From a virus (Duplodnaviria > Caudoviricetes), in the IMG/VR virus record IMGVR_UViG_3300032283_000266, positions 1 to 37,325 of that record: a stretch of DNA of 37,325 bases. One strand, written 5' to 3'. This document shows positions 17,838-26,293 of the stretch, in pieces. The number at the start of each line of letters is the position of its first letter. Within the stretch, counting starts at the first letter, position 1. The translations under genes were made by a program, and so were the position numbers. The notes under the pieces were generated by a model, which was not told the origin of the DNA, searched no databases, and was given only the letters and a program-made list of their open reading frames with translations.

Positions 17838-18449
17838 TTACTGACGGCGAAGGGCAGCTGCAGGCATATACGTCATTATGACTCCACTGTGGTTGGGATT
17901 ACCACTAAGCATACTGTGGTCATTTACAACAGTTTCTTCGTCCATAAACAAAGCCTTTGCTTCTGCTTCGGCAGTTAGGTTTATCCTGGTCAGATCAGCG
18001 CTGCCAAGGATCGCTTCCTGCAGCTGGCGGCCAGACTTAGCAGTGATGTATTGCCTTGCGTACTCCGGCAGTTCTTCCCATTCCAGCATGAATGTAATGT
18101 CAGCGTATAGATCTTCAGTGAACACATAAGTATTGTTGTGCCTGTCGTACAGGCTTGCTCCACGTTGAGCAACGTCAACGTTTGGGTAACGCAACCTATC
18201 AATTACAACTCGGCTGACGTTAGGCCCCAAAGCGATTTGATTTGTTGTTGTATTGCGTTGCAGTAATTTCTCCCTGTCGGTATTAAACGACCACCCTTCT
18301 GATTGCAACCTGCGGCTTACATCGTTCAACGTGTCTTGAGCTTGCAGGGCCAACCCGTATTGGCCGTTAAGGCTATTGACTGGGGCTTCCCCCATCATTT
18401 GCAACACCCGGTTGACGGCTTCTAAAAAGCTAGACCTAGCTAATGCCAT
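17838..18449 (-). CDS. Tail tubular protein A (gp11-like)
   Basis: LEAVNRVL..GEAPV, QSEGWSFNT, ELPEYARQYI motifs. Confidence 0.95.
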   Translation of the reverse strand: MALARSSFLEAVNRVLQMMGEAPVNSLNGQYGLALQAQDTLNDVSRRLQSEGWSFNTDREKLLQRNTTTNQIALGPNVSRVVIDRLRYPNVDVAQRGASLYDRHNNTYVFTEDLYADITFMLEWEELPEYARQYITAKSGRQLQEAILGSADLTRINLTAEAEAKALFMDEETVVNDHSMLSGNPNHSGVIMTYMPAAALRRQ

Positions 18450-18460
18450 GGAGTACCTCT

Positions 18461-18490
18461 AAAAAAAATGGGAGCTGTAATGCCCCCATT
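18461..18490 (-). terminator. Intrinsic terminator after the capsid gene (T-phi position)
   Basis: Minus strand AATGGGGGC-attaca-GCTCCCATT followed by a T run. Confidence 0.75.
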
Positions 18491-18516
18491 GTGCCGTAAG
18501 TTTGATTGATTAGGTG

Positions 18517-19500
18517 TCAGCTTACATCTGTGTGGATTTCAATAGCGCAATCAGGACGCAAGATCCCGGTGCCTAATGCCATGGAAGCAACCATGAACGT
18601 ACCTTGCCATAAGGCATGAACGTCACCACCAGTCGTTTCCATCTTGAGATCCATCAACTTAACGGTGCCTGCGCACATAGGGTTCCATACCAACGCTACT
18701 GACTTGGTGTAGTCAGCATCGTATGCGTTGTTCTCACCACTTGCTGCACTGCGGTTAGTGGTAGGCAAATGGTTGGACTTGATAATGTCAATGCCAGCCA
18801 CCTTAAGAACGGTGCCGTCGGCATAAGCGCCTTGGCCGCCCCAATCGCGGTTAATGACAGTGGTCTCTTGTACTAACTTGTAGTACTCAGCTGGAGCTAG
18901 ACAGCAGTAGCGGTCGCCTTCAGGCAAGTTGTTCTCATCCATCTTCTGTGCTGCTGCAAATAATGCAGTAGCCAGTTGAGCACCAGTGATTGCAGCTTTA
19001 GAAGTAGCAACAATCTTGATCCGGGTGCCGCCGGGGAGATCAGTGTTGAAGTTGGTGGCGGTACGTGCAGCCTTAGCAATTACAGCAGCTACGTTTTTGT
19101 CGTAGGTGTAAGCAAGTGCATTACCCATCTCAGCTGAGAACTGAGAACGCACGTCATAGTGGTTCTTAGCTTCATCAATGTCAGGCAGGAACACAGAGCT
19201 GATCAGCTTGTCGTCAATGTTGACGGTAGCTTCAGCAACTTTCTGTTGGTTGCCAATGATTTGGTTGCCAGGTGTGTGGTAACTGGCAGAGTTCAAACCA
19301 ATGATGGGGAACTGTGCAGTTTTGCCAGAGCTAATAGTGCGAACCTTGTGAAGGGCTTCAAACACTGTGGCTTTACGGAAGGCAGTCAGGACTTCACCAG
19401 CCCAGACTTTCAGGAACATAGCGTTGTCGCCGGCAAAGCTGCCGCCGCCAGCGTTATTAACTAGACCTAAGCGCGTTGCGTCAAAATTTGGTGCAGCCAT
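18517..19500 (-). CDS. Major capsid protein (gp10-like)
   Basis: FLKVWAGEVLTAF, RTISSGKTAQFP, HYDVRSQFS, LRPDCA motifs. Confidence 0.97.
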   Translation of the reverse strand: MAAPNFDATRLGLVNNAGGGSFAGDNAMFLKVWAGEVLTAFRKATVFEALHKVRTISSGKTAQFPIIGLNSASYHTPGNQIIGNQQKVAEATVNIDDKLISSVFLPDIDEAKNHYDVRSQFSAEMGNALAYTYDKNVAAVIAKAARTATNFNTDLPGGTRIKIVATSKAAITGAQLATALFAAAQKMDENNLPEGDRYCCLAPAEYYKLVQETTVINRDWGGQGAYADGTVLKVAGIDIIKSNHLPTTNRSAASGENNAYDADYTKSVALVWNPMCAGTVKLMDLKMETTGGDVHALWQGTFMVASMALGTGILRPDCAIEIHTDVS

Positions 19501-19536
19501 TGTTTTTTTCCAAGAGTTGTTGGGTTAGGTTTCCCC

Positions 19537-19601
19537 GACCTTGAACTCCTCATCCACTGGGGGTGTCCGTCGCAACGGGCCGTCGTATCAGTGAGTGGGT
19601 C
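19537..19601 (-). promoter_or_regulatory. Structured 5' leader of capsid mRNA
   Basis: Nested pairings GACC/GGTC, ACTC/GAGT, CACTG/CAGTG and CCGT-TGCG-ACGG on the minus strand. Confidence 0.55.
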
Positions 19602-19622
19602 TAGGTGCGCAAACTATAGTAC

Positions 19623-19652
19623 AAAAGGATGGCCCCGGTAACCCAGGGCCAT
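19623..19652 (-). terminator. Intrinsic terminator after the scaffold gene
   Basis: ATGGCCCTGG-gtta-CCGGGGCCAT then CCTTTTGT on the minus strand. Confidence 0.7.
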
Positions 19653-19655
19653 AAA

Positions 19656-20483
19656 TTAAAAGACGTTAGATCTGCTTAGTTTGGCTTGTACTTTCTTCCT
19701 AAATGCAGGGTCTGACTTGTATTTAGGATCGCCCATTGCCTCAACAACTTGTGCTGTTGACTCGTATACATCCCCATCAGTACTAGGTTTGCGGCCACCG
19801 TACAGTCTGGGTTCACGACCGGCCGAGCCAGTATATCTGGCGTAGATGCCAGCAACAGCAAGCTTAATTGCTGGCAGCGGTTGGGTATTAACAATGTTGT
19901 CGTAAGCGTCAATCTCGTCTTTGCTTAGGTTGGTGGCAGCCCATTCAACCATTGCGTTGTACTCTTTCTCTCCACCAACAACAGCCTTTACATCGTTCAC
20001 TTGCTGCATATTCATTTGAGAATCAGCAGCAGCCTTGTAATTTAAGCCAGCCAGGTAAGCATCAACCATTTCGGTTGAGAAGCCAGCTTCATTTAGCTGC
20101 GCATAATCTTCCTTGGCTAGCTCCCCTGACTCCTGCCAGCGGCTATTCATGTCAGAGAAATCAATCTCTGCTTCTTCCAGCCTGCTGCCAATTAGATCGC
20201 CATAGATCTCTTTAGCTCCACGAACATCAGGTTGCGCTTCGCCTTCTGGCTCCGCTTCTTCTGTGTAATCTGGCTCCTCTACGTTTTGTTCGTTGCGGTC
20301 TTTGCTGAATTGAGACTGCAGCTCCTTGTACGCTTTCTCTAATTCGTCAACAGATTTGTACTTGCCAGCTAAAAGGTTCCCCTCCTCGCTGGTATCTTCT
20401 TGCTGGTCTGCTTCAAGGAAAGCTATGTTGTCAGCTGATAAAGCTGGAGACTCTTCCGTTTTAATTGTTACGGGTTCAGGCAT
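19656..20483 (-). CDS. Capsid assembly scaffold protein (gp9-like)
   Basis: LLAGKYKSVDELEKAYKEL, VGGEKEY..WA, AMGDPKY..DPAFR..V..KL motifs; acidic. Confidence 0.93.
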   Translation of the reverse strand: MPEPVTIKTEESPALSADNIAFLEADQQEDTSEEGNLLAGKYKSVDELEKAYKELQSQFSKDRNEQNVEEPDYTEEAEPEGEAQPDVRGAKEIYGDLIGSRLEEAEIDFSDMNSRWQESGELAKEDYAQLNEAGFSTEMVDAYLAGLNYKAAADSQMNMQQVNDVKAVVGGEKEYNAMVEWAATNLSKDEIDAYDNIVNTQPLPAIKLAVAGIYARYTGSAGREPRLYGGRKPSTDGDVYESTAQVVEAMGDPKYKSDPAFRKKVQAKLSRSNVF

Positions 20484-20500
20484 GGTGGTGGTAGCGATGG

Positions 20501-20749
20501 TTAGTTAATGGTGATTTGTTGGGGGTTGTCGTAAGTGACAACAGGAGCAGGTAAAGGCGCGACCCAAGGGGCCCTTACAAAAGCAGGGTTAGCTTCAGTA
20601 ATTACGATCTCATCCGAGGGGGGGTGGGGTTCCACCGGGAAGTTCTTGGCCAGGAGGGACACCTCCTGGTAATTGTTGCTGGCTTGCGATGTCGGGGAGT
20701 CTGTTAGGGACTCCTTGTTCACTGAACTGCGGGCCATAAGGTGCTCCAT
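20501..20749 (-). CDS. Small hypothetical protein overlapping the portal 3' end (start uncertain: 20749, 20737 or GTG 20635)
   Basis: The frame fills the 110-bp portal-scaffold gap; all available starts lie inside the portal gene. Confidence 0.4.
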   Translation of the reverse strand: MEHLMARSSVNKESLTDSPTSQASNNYQEVSLLAKNFPVEPHPPSDEIVITEANPAFVRAPWVAPLPAPVVTYDNPQQITIN

Positions 20750-22382
20750 CTTGTGTGTAGTTTTTAACCAATTGGCCTAAAGCGGGTGACTTCAAGCCTT
20801 GGCTTAAAGTGTTCATCTGTTGTTGCTGTTGCATCTGCTCGTTAGCCGCTGAGGCTTCGCCGTCAAGTTGCTCTTTCGTCTTAACCAAATTGGTAGTGTC
20901 GATAGATTCACTGTTGGCTAAACGCCGCAACGCCTCGTCTACATTAATGTATTTCTGCAATACTTCTGGCCCTAACGCTTGGCCGATAGTAGTTAAGAAG
21001 TCTACCAATTTGTTTCTATCGTCACCACGCCCAATGGCTTCAAGGCCAGTAACAGGTTTAGGATTAACTAAAGCTTTACCTCCTTCGCCTTTGGGGAAAG
21101 CCGGTAACTTGCGTTGCTTACGCATGACGTACATTAAGCGACGCACTAACGGCAGCTGTAACTCCTGCGTAAGGATTGAGTACAAGCCACCGATACCAGC
21201 TTCTAATTCCTGGCTCATGTACTTGATCTCTTGCGCTGTTACCCGTTCACCTGGCCGTTGGATAGCAGTATTAAGTAGGAACGCAAATTGAAGGCGGCCT
21301 TCAATACGTTCGATAATGCTGGTTGCAATAGATAGGTCTTGCGCTTTCTCGCTTTGGATAACAGTTACGTCAGCTGCATTGCCTTGGATGATTGCACCGT
21401 TAGGGGCATTAGCCAAAGTGCGTGGACGTGTAGTGCCGTTAGGGTTTACAAGGAATAAGATCTTGGCCGCGGCTGCACTACCTTCAAGCACTGCTTGGTA
21501 TAGCGATTCAAGTGCCAACAAATCACCGTAATATTCTTCAACGTAACCGCGCCCATACTCTTCTCCGTCCACACGGTTAAACCGCAGTGGTATCCATGGT
21601 GATACGTCAGCGTCACACATGCCGTGAGTATTAGGGATCTCCTTGCCATAAGCTTCTTGATACCAGTGCACCTTGCCTTCTTCGTATTCAACGTGGGTGT
21701 AAAGCTTGCAAGTCTTTTGGCTCGCGTACCCTTCCTTGTCAGAATCGTCTTGGCTTTTTACTTCATCTAAGAATCCTTCAGGTAATACTTCAGGATAAAC
21801 TTCTTCTTCTACTACGATTTCGCTGACGTTCCCCATGGGATCACGGCTTAACGCATAACGGTTGAGGTGTATTACACGGAAGCCTTCCTCCGCTACATAC
21901 AACAACACGTTGCCGCCAACTAATAAATGTTTAAACGCTTCGTGCATGGACGCACGGCCATTAGCCGTCTCCATCGCTGACATAACTGCGTGCTCTACGT
22001 TGACTAGAGCGCTATCAAATTCTGCCTTAATTTGTGGTCCATTTTCTGTAGCACGTAGGACAAGATCATCAATTTCTAGCTTGAAGAACGCAGCGTTAGG
22101 CGGGAACAGGGTAATCAGTAACTTACTGGCCAAGTAGTTAACGCCTCTTGCCCCAAGCGATTGGTACGGGGTCTTAAGACTGCCGCGATCCTTTTCGCCT
22201 GAGTCAGGTATCAAGGTAGGGATGGTCACCTTGCTGCAATCTCTTGCCCGTTGCAGGTACACATCACGCATAGAGACCAACCGCTGGTATCTAGCAGCTG
22301 CGGTTATCCCGCTTTCATAGTCTTTCATCTCAGCAGCCGTATGCGATTGCCGGTCTACGTTGCTGGTTAGTTTTAAGTTCAT
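20610..22382 (-). CDS. Portal / head-tail connector (gp8-like)
   Basis: PYQSLGARGVNYLASKL..LFP, GEEYGRGYVEE, ERVTAQEI, GLEAIGRG motifs. Confidence 0.97.
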   Translation of the reverse strand: MNLKLTSNVDRQSHTAAEMKDYESGITAAARYQRLVSMRDVYLQRARDCSKVTIPTLIPDSGEKDRGSLKTPYQSLGARGVNYLASKLLITLFPPNAAFFKLEIDDLVLRATENGPQIKAEFDSALVNVEHAVMSAMETANGRASMHEAFKHLLVGGNVLLYVAEEGFRVIHLNRYALSRDPMGNVSEIVVEEEVYPEVLPEGFLDEVKSQDDSDKEGYASQKTCKLYTHVEYEEGKVHWYQEAYGKEIPNTHGMCDADVSPWIPLRFNRVDGEEYGRGYVEEYYGDLLALESLYQAVLEGSAAAAKILFLVNPNGTTRPRTLANAPNGAIIQGNAADVTVIQSEKAQDLSIATSIIERIEGRLQFAFLLNTAIQRPGERVTAQEIKYMSQELEAGIGGLYSILTQELQLPLVRRLMYVMRKQRKLPAFPKGEGGKALVNPKPVTGLEAIGRGDDRNKLVDFLTTIGQALGPEVLQKYINVDEALRRLANSESIDTTNLVKTKEQLDGEASAANEQMQQQQQMNTLSQGLKSPALGQLVKNYTQDGAPYGPQFSEQGVPNRLPDIASQQQLPGGVPPGQELPGGTPPPLG

Positions 22383-23050
22383 TAAACGGCAGGGATGGAT
22401 AAGCCACCGACTCCGCCGGCTCTATCAATGCGCAGCTTCTTGCGACCAAATCCTTGGCGTATTTTGGCTGCGCCTGTTCCGACGCCGGTTCGTTGGGCCG
22501 CGTCGGCTGCAGTTAAAGCTGACGCTGCTGAACCTGCAACTGGGGCAGGTGGTGGTGGTGGTGGCGCTTGTTGTATTTGTAGTTGTTCTTTGTATCGGGC
22601 CTGCTGCTCATCTCTGAATTCTTGTTGTTGCGCCCTTGAACTTTCTTGCGTTTGTCTTATCAGATCCGTCATTTGCTGCTGATAAGCGCTTTGAGAAGAT
22701 TGCCTTTCTGCACTTTGCTGGGTTTGGTACGCTTGCTGCTGTTCGTATTGCTTTTGCTGCATAGCCATGTAATCAGCTTGTTGTTGCTGTATCTGCGCCT
22801 GTTGCGCTGCCATCGCTTGGGCTTGCTGGTCTCGCTGCGCTTGCGCCTCTGCCATTATGCGGTTCTGATCTGCCCTATAAATTTCCTGTTGTTGCGCTGC
22901 TTGTGCTTCTTGGGCGGCGCGTTGTGCATTAGCTGCTTCTTCTTGCTGCCGTTGCGCAACAATTTGATTATTGCGCTGCATGTTTGCGGCTGCTTGCTGA
23001 TAAAGCATTGCCTCTTGATTTGGTTTTGGAGCTGCGCCACCGAAACACAT
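22382..23050 (-). CDS. gp6.7/7.3-like virion ejection protein with long Gln/Ala helical insertion
   Basis: MCFGG start, poly-Pro, GRKKLRID..GLSIP end; directly upstream of portal; residues 11-162 contain no Pro. Confidence 0.75.
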   Translation of the reverse strand: MCFGGAAPKPNQEAMLYQQAAANMQRNNQIVAQRQQEEAANAQRAAQEAQAAQQQEIYRADQNRIMAEAQAQRDQQAQAMAAQQAQIQQQQADYMAMQQKQYEQQQAYQTQQSAERQSSQSAYQQQMTDLIRQTQESSRAQQQEFRDEQQARYKEQLQIQQAPPPPPPAPVAGSAASALTAADAAQRTGVGTGAAKIRQGFGRKKLRIDRAGGVGGLSIPAV

Positions 23051-23053
23051 GAG

Positions 23054-23239
23054 TTAACTCGCGATGTCTTGTTGCTGTTCATCGTAGATTGCCCGCAACA
23101 TGCGCACAACCTGGCGTTGTCCAACCTTAAACCAAATTTCCCGGTCAGTGTCGTCCATGTTTGGGCTTCGTTCTGGGATCAAACGGTCAAGCATTGTAAT
23201 TAACGCTTCGTCGATTGCTGGCCAGAGTTGGTCATCCAT
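23054..23239 (-). CDS. Conserved small T7-like protein (P..P....REIWFKVGQRQVV type)
   Basis: Start MDDQLW at 23239 overlaps the exonuclease end; usual position upstream of the portal module. Confidence 0.75.
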   Translation of the reverse strand: MDDQLWPAIDEALITMLDRLIPERSPNMDDTDREIWFKVGQRQVVRMLRAIYDEQQQDIAS

Positions 23240-23990
23240 GCGATTGGATCTCCTTATCCGTGTTTGGCTCCCATAATCGCACAGCGTTGTCTGCGTAGTT
23301 GTAATCCCCATCACGCAGGATGCGAGCAAGCCTTGCGTTAAGAATCGCTTTATTAAGTTCAAGTCCTGCCTTTGCGTATGCACGCAACACTGCTGCCCAC
23401 ATCTGGCTTAAATCTTTGGTGCCTTCTAATATTTTTGCTGCAGTTTTAGGACCGCAACCCTTGATGCCTGGGTAATTGTCGGCGCTATCGCCAGTCAAAG
23501 TTTGTTTCATCCAATTAAAATTGGCTTCTGCCTCTGTTGTGCACACAAGTTCGTTGTTAACCAATAGCTTGCCTGGGATGGTGCGCATGTCTTTATCAAC
23601 TGCCACCATTACCGGATCGTTAATAGTGCCGTCTGTCATAAGCAAACCCATCACGTCGTCGCCTTCCAAGCTTGGGATCACTTTGCTTGGGTAGGCATTT
23701 ATTAACGCTTTCCTTGACGCTGCAAGTGCAAGCGGCTTACGTCTGCCAAAACGGTTCTGCTTATATTCCGGGAATAGCGAGGCACGAAAGCCTGGATAAT
23801 CTGACAGGCACATAACCAAATCACTATGGCCTGTTAATTTTTTCCATTGAGCAATCTTTCCTTGGATAAATGCTTGCACCGCAAGGGGTTCAGAGTGCAG
23901 GGTATGCACGTCTTCTGTCCATCTAATGTCTTGCTCAGATGCAGCACAAGCCACATAAAGCAACCAATCGGCATCAATCAAAAGTGTCAT
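23232..23990 (-). CDS. 5'-3' exonuclease (gp6-like)
   Basis: LLIDAD, YKQNR, LEGDDVMG, DKDMRTIPG, LTGDSADNYPGIKGCG motifs. Confidence 0.95.
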   Translation of the reverse strand: MTLLIDADWLLYVACAASEQDIRWTEDVHTLHSEPLAVQAFIQGKIAQWKKLTGHSDLVMCLSDYPGFRASLFPEYKQNRFGRRKPLALAASRKALINAYPSKVIPSLEGDDVMGLLMTDGTINDPVMVAVDKDMRTIPGKLLVNNELVCTTEAEANFNWMKQTLTGDSADNYPGIKGCGPKTAAKILEGTKDLSQMWAAVLRAYAKAGLELNKAILNARLARILRDGDYNYADNAVRLWEPNTDKEIQSHG

Positions 23991-24216
23991 AGCAATCTCC
24001 TGAATAAAGAACAGAACCTTTTAACTCGAACGTGGAACGGGTTTTACCTTCAGTAAACCCATGCGTTACGGCTTCAGCCGGTATGGGCACTTCGGCTGTG
24101 TACCAACGGTGATCACAGGCAGTGCAATGCCTACGTCTAATAACAGTGTTGTTTGAATCAGTGCGGGTGTGGCGAGCGCGGACGCCTGGCTCATCACCGC
24201 AGGAGGGGCATTTCAT
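23974..24216 (-). CDS. NrdR-like zinc-ribbon protein without ATP-cone
   Basis: MKCPSC..IRRRHCTACDHRWYTAE parallels the NrdR N-terminus MxCPxC..RRRRxCxxCxxRFTTxE; only 80 aa. Confidence 0.7.
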   Translation of the reverse strand: MKCPSCGDEPGVRARHTRTDSNNTVIRRRHCTACDHRWYTAEVPIPAEAVTHGFTEGKTRSTFELKGSVLYSGDCYDTFD

Positions 24217-24234
24217 AATGAGGTTGGTGGTGGG

Positions 24235-25839
24235 TTAAAGGCCAAAGTACTGACTCATTGGTACGGTCAGCCGGCCTGTAGTCATGTCGTACAACAGCTT
24301 GTCACACGTACCTGTCTCCCCGCTAAAGCGGTTCTTTAGTACCCGCAGCTGCAATTCATTGCGTTGTGACATGTCGCCTTGCTGGTTGCGTTCAGCTCCT
24401 ATCACCATGTCGGATAGCTGTGCAATGGCATGGCTGCCACGTAAGTGAGACAGCGATGTTTGCCCACCTTCTTCATGGTTGCGCCCTTCTGGTCGCTTGA
24501 GGTGTGACACCAGCACAAGGCCAATGCCTGTTTGTTCAACCACTTGCCGCAACTTGGTGCATGTCAAATCAATAGCCCGCCGCTCGTCTACTTCCGCCAA
24601 TCCGCTAATGACAATAGTTAGGTGGTCAAGGAAGCAAACATCAGCACCTTCAACGTCAGCTAAGTACCTGATCTTATTGATCAAATGCTCAGGGTCCATT
24701 GAACCAAAGTGGTCGTAAAGAAAACAACGGCCAGTGCCAAACACTTTGTCAAAGCCTGCCTTCATTTGCTCTTGGGTAACCAAGCTTGGATCTAGGTGTA
24801 TCGGTTTGTTAAGCTCGATCCCAATGATCCCTTGCATGGACCGCTTAAGCGATTCTTCAAGGGCGATGTACCCAACACGCATCCCATTAGCTAAGAAGTG
24901 ATGCGCCCATTCCCTGCAGATAGAAGACTTGCCAATCCCACTACCAGCACAAAGCGTAAGCATCTCTCCTTTTCTAAAGCCGCGTGTCATGCGGTTTAAT
25001 TCAGGCCACGAGTAAGCACAAACAGCACCAGCTTGCGGCTTAATTAATTCATCCCATTGCTCAGCTGCATTAACAATCCCGTCAGGTCTTGACGGTGTGG
25101 CCTTCCACAACAGGTCACGTAACGCATCGCCTTCACCGTTAACCAACATTTCGTTGGCGTCTTTACGAGGCAGATGGCAGATAGCTGCTTTGCCTAAAGG
25201 CAACACTGCCAAGGCTTCAGTCGCTGCTTTCTGGCCAGGTTCATCGCTGTCAAAGCACAAAATGATTCGATCAAATTGGCTGAGCCATTGCTGGTTAGCA
25301 GCCAAATATTTCTTGGCTGACTGCGCCCCGTTAGGTAGAGACACCACTGGGTACTTGTTGCCTTGAACCTGACTGACGCTCATCGCATCAATCTCGCCTT
25401 CTGTAACCACAACAAACAAGCCGCCGCGGCCTATGCCTTGCCGCCATAGGTGTTGCCCCCATAGCTGCATTGAGCTGGTGTCACCAACCCAAACAAACCG
25501 CTTGTCTTTATCCCGTATGTGTTGCGCTACGACCTGCCCCTGCTGATTGCGGAACTCAGATACCTGCACCTGTTGATTGCGGTATTCGCTGTATCCGTAA
25601 TTAAAAAAGGCTGCTGTCTCTTTAGTAATACCTCGGGCTGTTAACGCTTTAACCGTTATGAACGGCAATAAGGGTGTAATCACAGGTGGCAAAATCTCTG
25701 GTGGTGGTGGGGTTTTGCCGTCATTCGCACGAGTTGTAAGGCCGCAACCAAAGCAATGGCTGTGGCCATCGTCATATACGGCAAGGTTGTCCTTGCTGCC
25801 GCACTTGGGGCATGGGTCATGTCGGATGCACTTGCTCAT
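24235..25839 (-). CDS. DNA primase-helicase (gp4-like)
   Basis: CPKC..HCFGC Zn finger; TEGEID and FDSD TOPRIM; GSGIGKS Walker A; LDHL, VSHL, LRGS, LKNRFSG motifs. Confidence 0.97.
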   Translation of the reverse strand: MSKCIRHDPCPKCGSKDNLAVYDDGHSHCFGCGLTTRANDGKTPPPPEILPPVITPLLPFITVKALTARGITKETAAFFNYGYSEYRNQQVQVSEFRNQQGQVVAQHIRDKDKRFVWVGDTSSMQLWGQHLWRQGIGRGGLFVVVTEGEIDAMSVSQVQGNKYPVVSLPNGAQSAKKYLAANQQWLSQFDRIILCFDSDEPGQKAATEALAVLPLGKAAICHLPRKDANEMLVNGEGDALRDLLWKATPSRPDGIVNAAEQWDELIKPQAGAVCAYSWPELNRMTRGFRKGEMLTLCAGSGIGKSSICREWAHHFLANGMRVGYIALEESLKRSMQGIIGIELNKPIHLDPSLVTQEQMKAGFDKVFGTGRCFLYDHFGSMDPEHLINKIRYLADVEGADVCFLDHLTIVISGLAEVDERRAIDLTCTKLRQVVEQTGIGLVLVSHLKRPEGRNHEEGGQTSLSHLRGSHAIAQLSDMVIGAERNQQGDMSQRNELQLRVLKNRFSGETGTCDKLLYDMTTGRLTVPMSQYFGL

Positions 25840-26293
25840 CAGCTAACCATTCAATGGGTATTCGACCGTTACTCCAAATGAATCCGTGGCGATCAGCCCA
25901 TTGGCCGTAGCTAATTGAACCAGGCGCTTTAGATAATTTCTTGCGGGCATCCATAAAACAGATTCGTATATCCAGATCAGGATGTTGTTGTTTAACCGCA
26001 ATCATTTTGCGCCTGTCTTCTGGGCTGAACAAACCTTTGGTCTCTACGATCACCCCGTTAGCCAAAAAGAAATCAGGGGTGTACACATTCTGCAATTGAT
26101 ACGGCAACCCAGTTGTTTCGTAGGTGTACGCCATGCCTCTCTTAAGGAGAGAGGCCGCGATTACTGCTTCAAATTTGCTACGAAATTTAGAAGTCCAAAG
26201 GGTCGAACTCGACGCTAGCTTCTCCGTTATACGGGATTGTCTCAGCTTTTTTGCTCGCGCTAGGCGTCCATCCTTCTTCGGCTGAGAATCCAT
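25817..26293 (-). CDS. Endonuclease I / Holliday junction resolvase (gp3-like); start uncertain
   Basis: FRSKFE, YTPDF, ETKG, HPDLDIR motifs; the nearest in-frame ATG is 26293, inside the SSB gene. Confidence 0.9.
   Translation of the reverse strand: MDSQPKKDGRLARAKKLRQSRITEKLASSSTLWTSKFRSKFEAVIAASLLKRGMAYTYETTGLPYQLQNVYTPDFFLANGVIVETKGLFSPEDRRKMIAVKQQHPDLDIRICFMDARKKLSKAPGSISYGQWADRHGFIWSNGRIPIEWLADEQVHPT

Noticed and set aside
18490-18560. T7-style 10A/10B capsid frameshift
   Set aside because: No slippery heptamer near the stop and no room for an extension before the terminator and gp11.
22646-23203. 185-aa Leu/Cys-rich + strand ORF resembling a membrane protein
   Set aside because: Reverse complement of Gln/Ala codons of the gp6.7-like gene.
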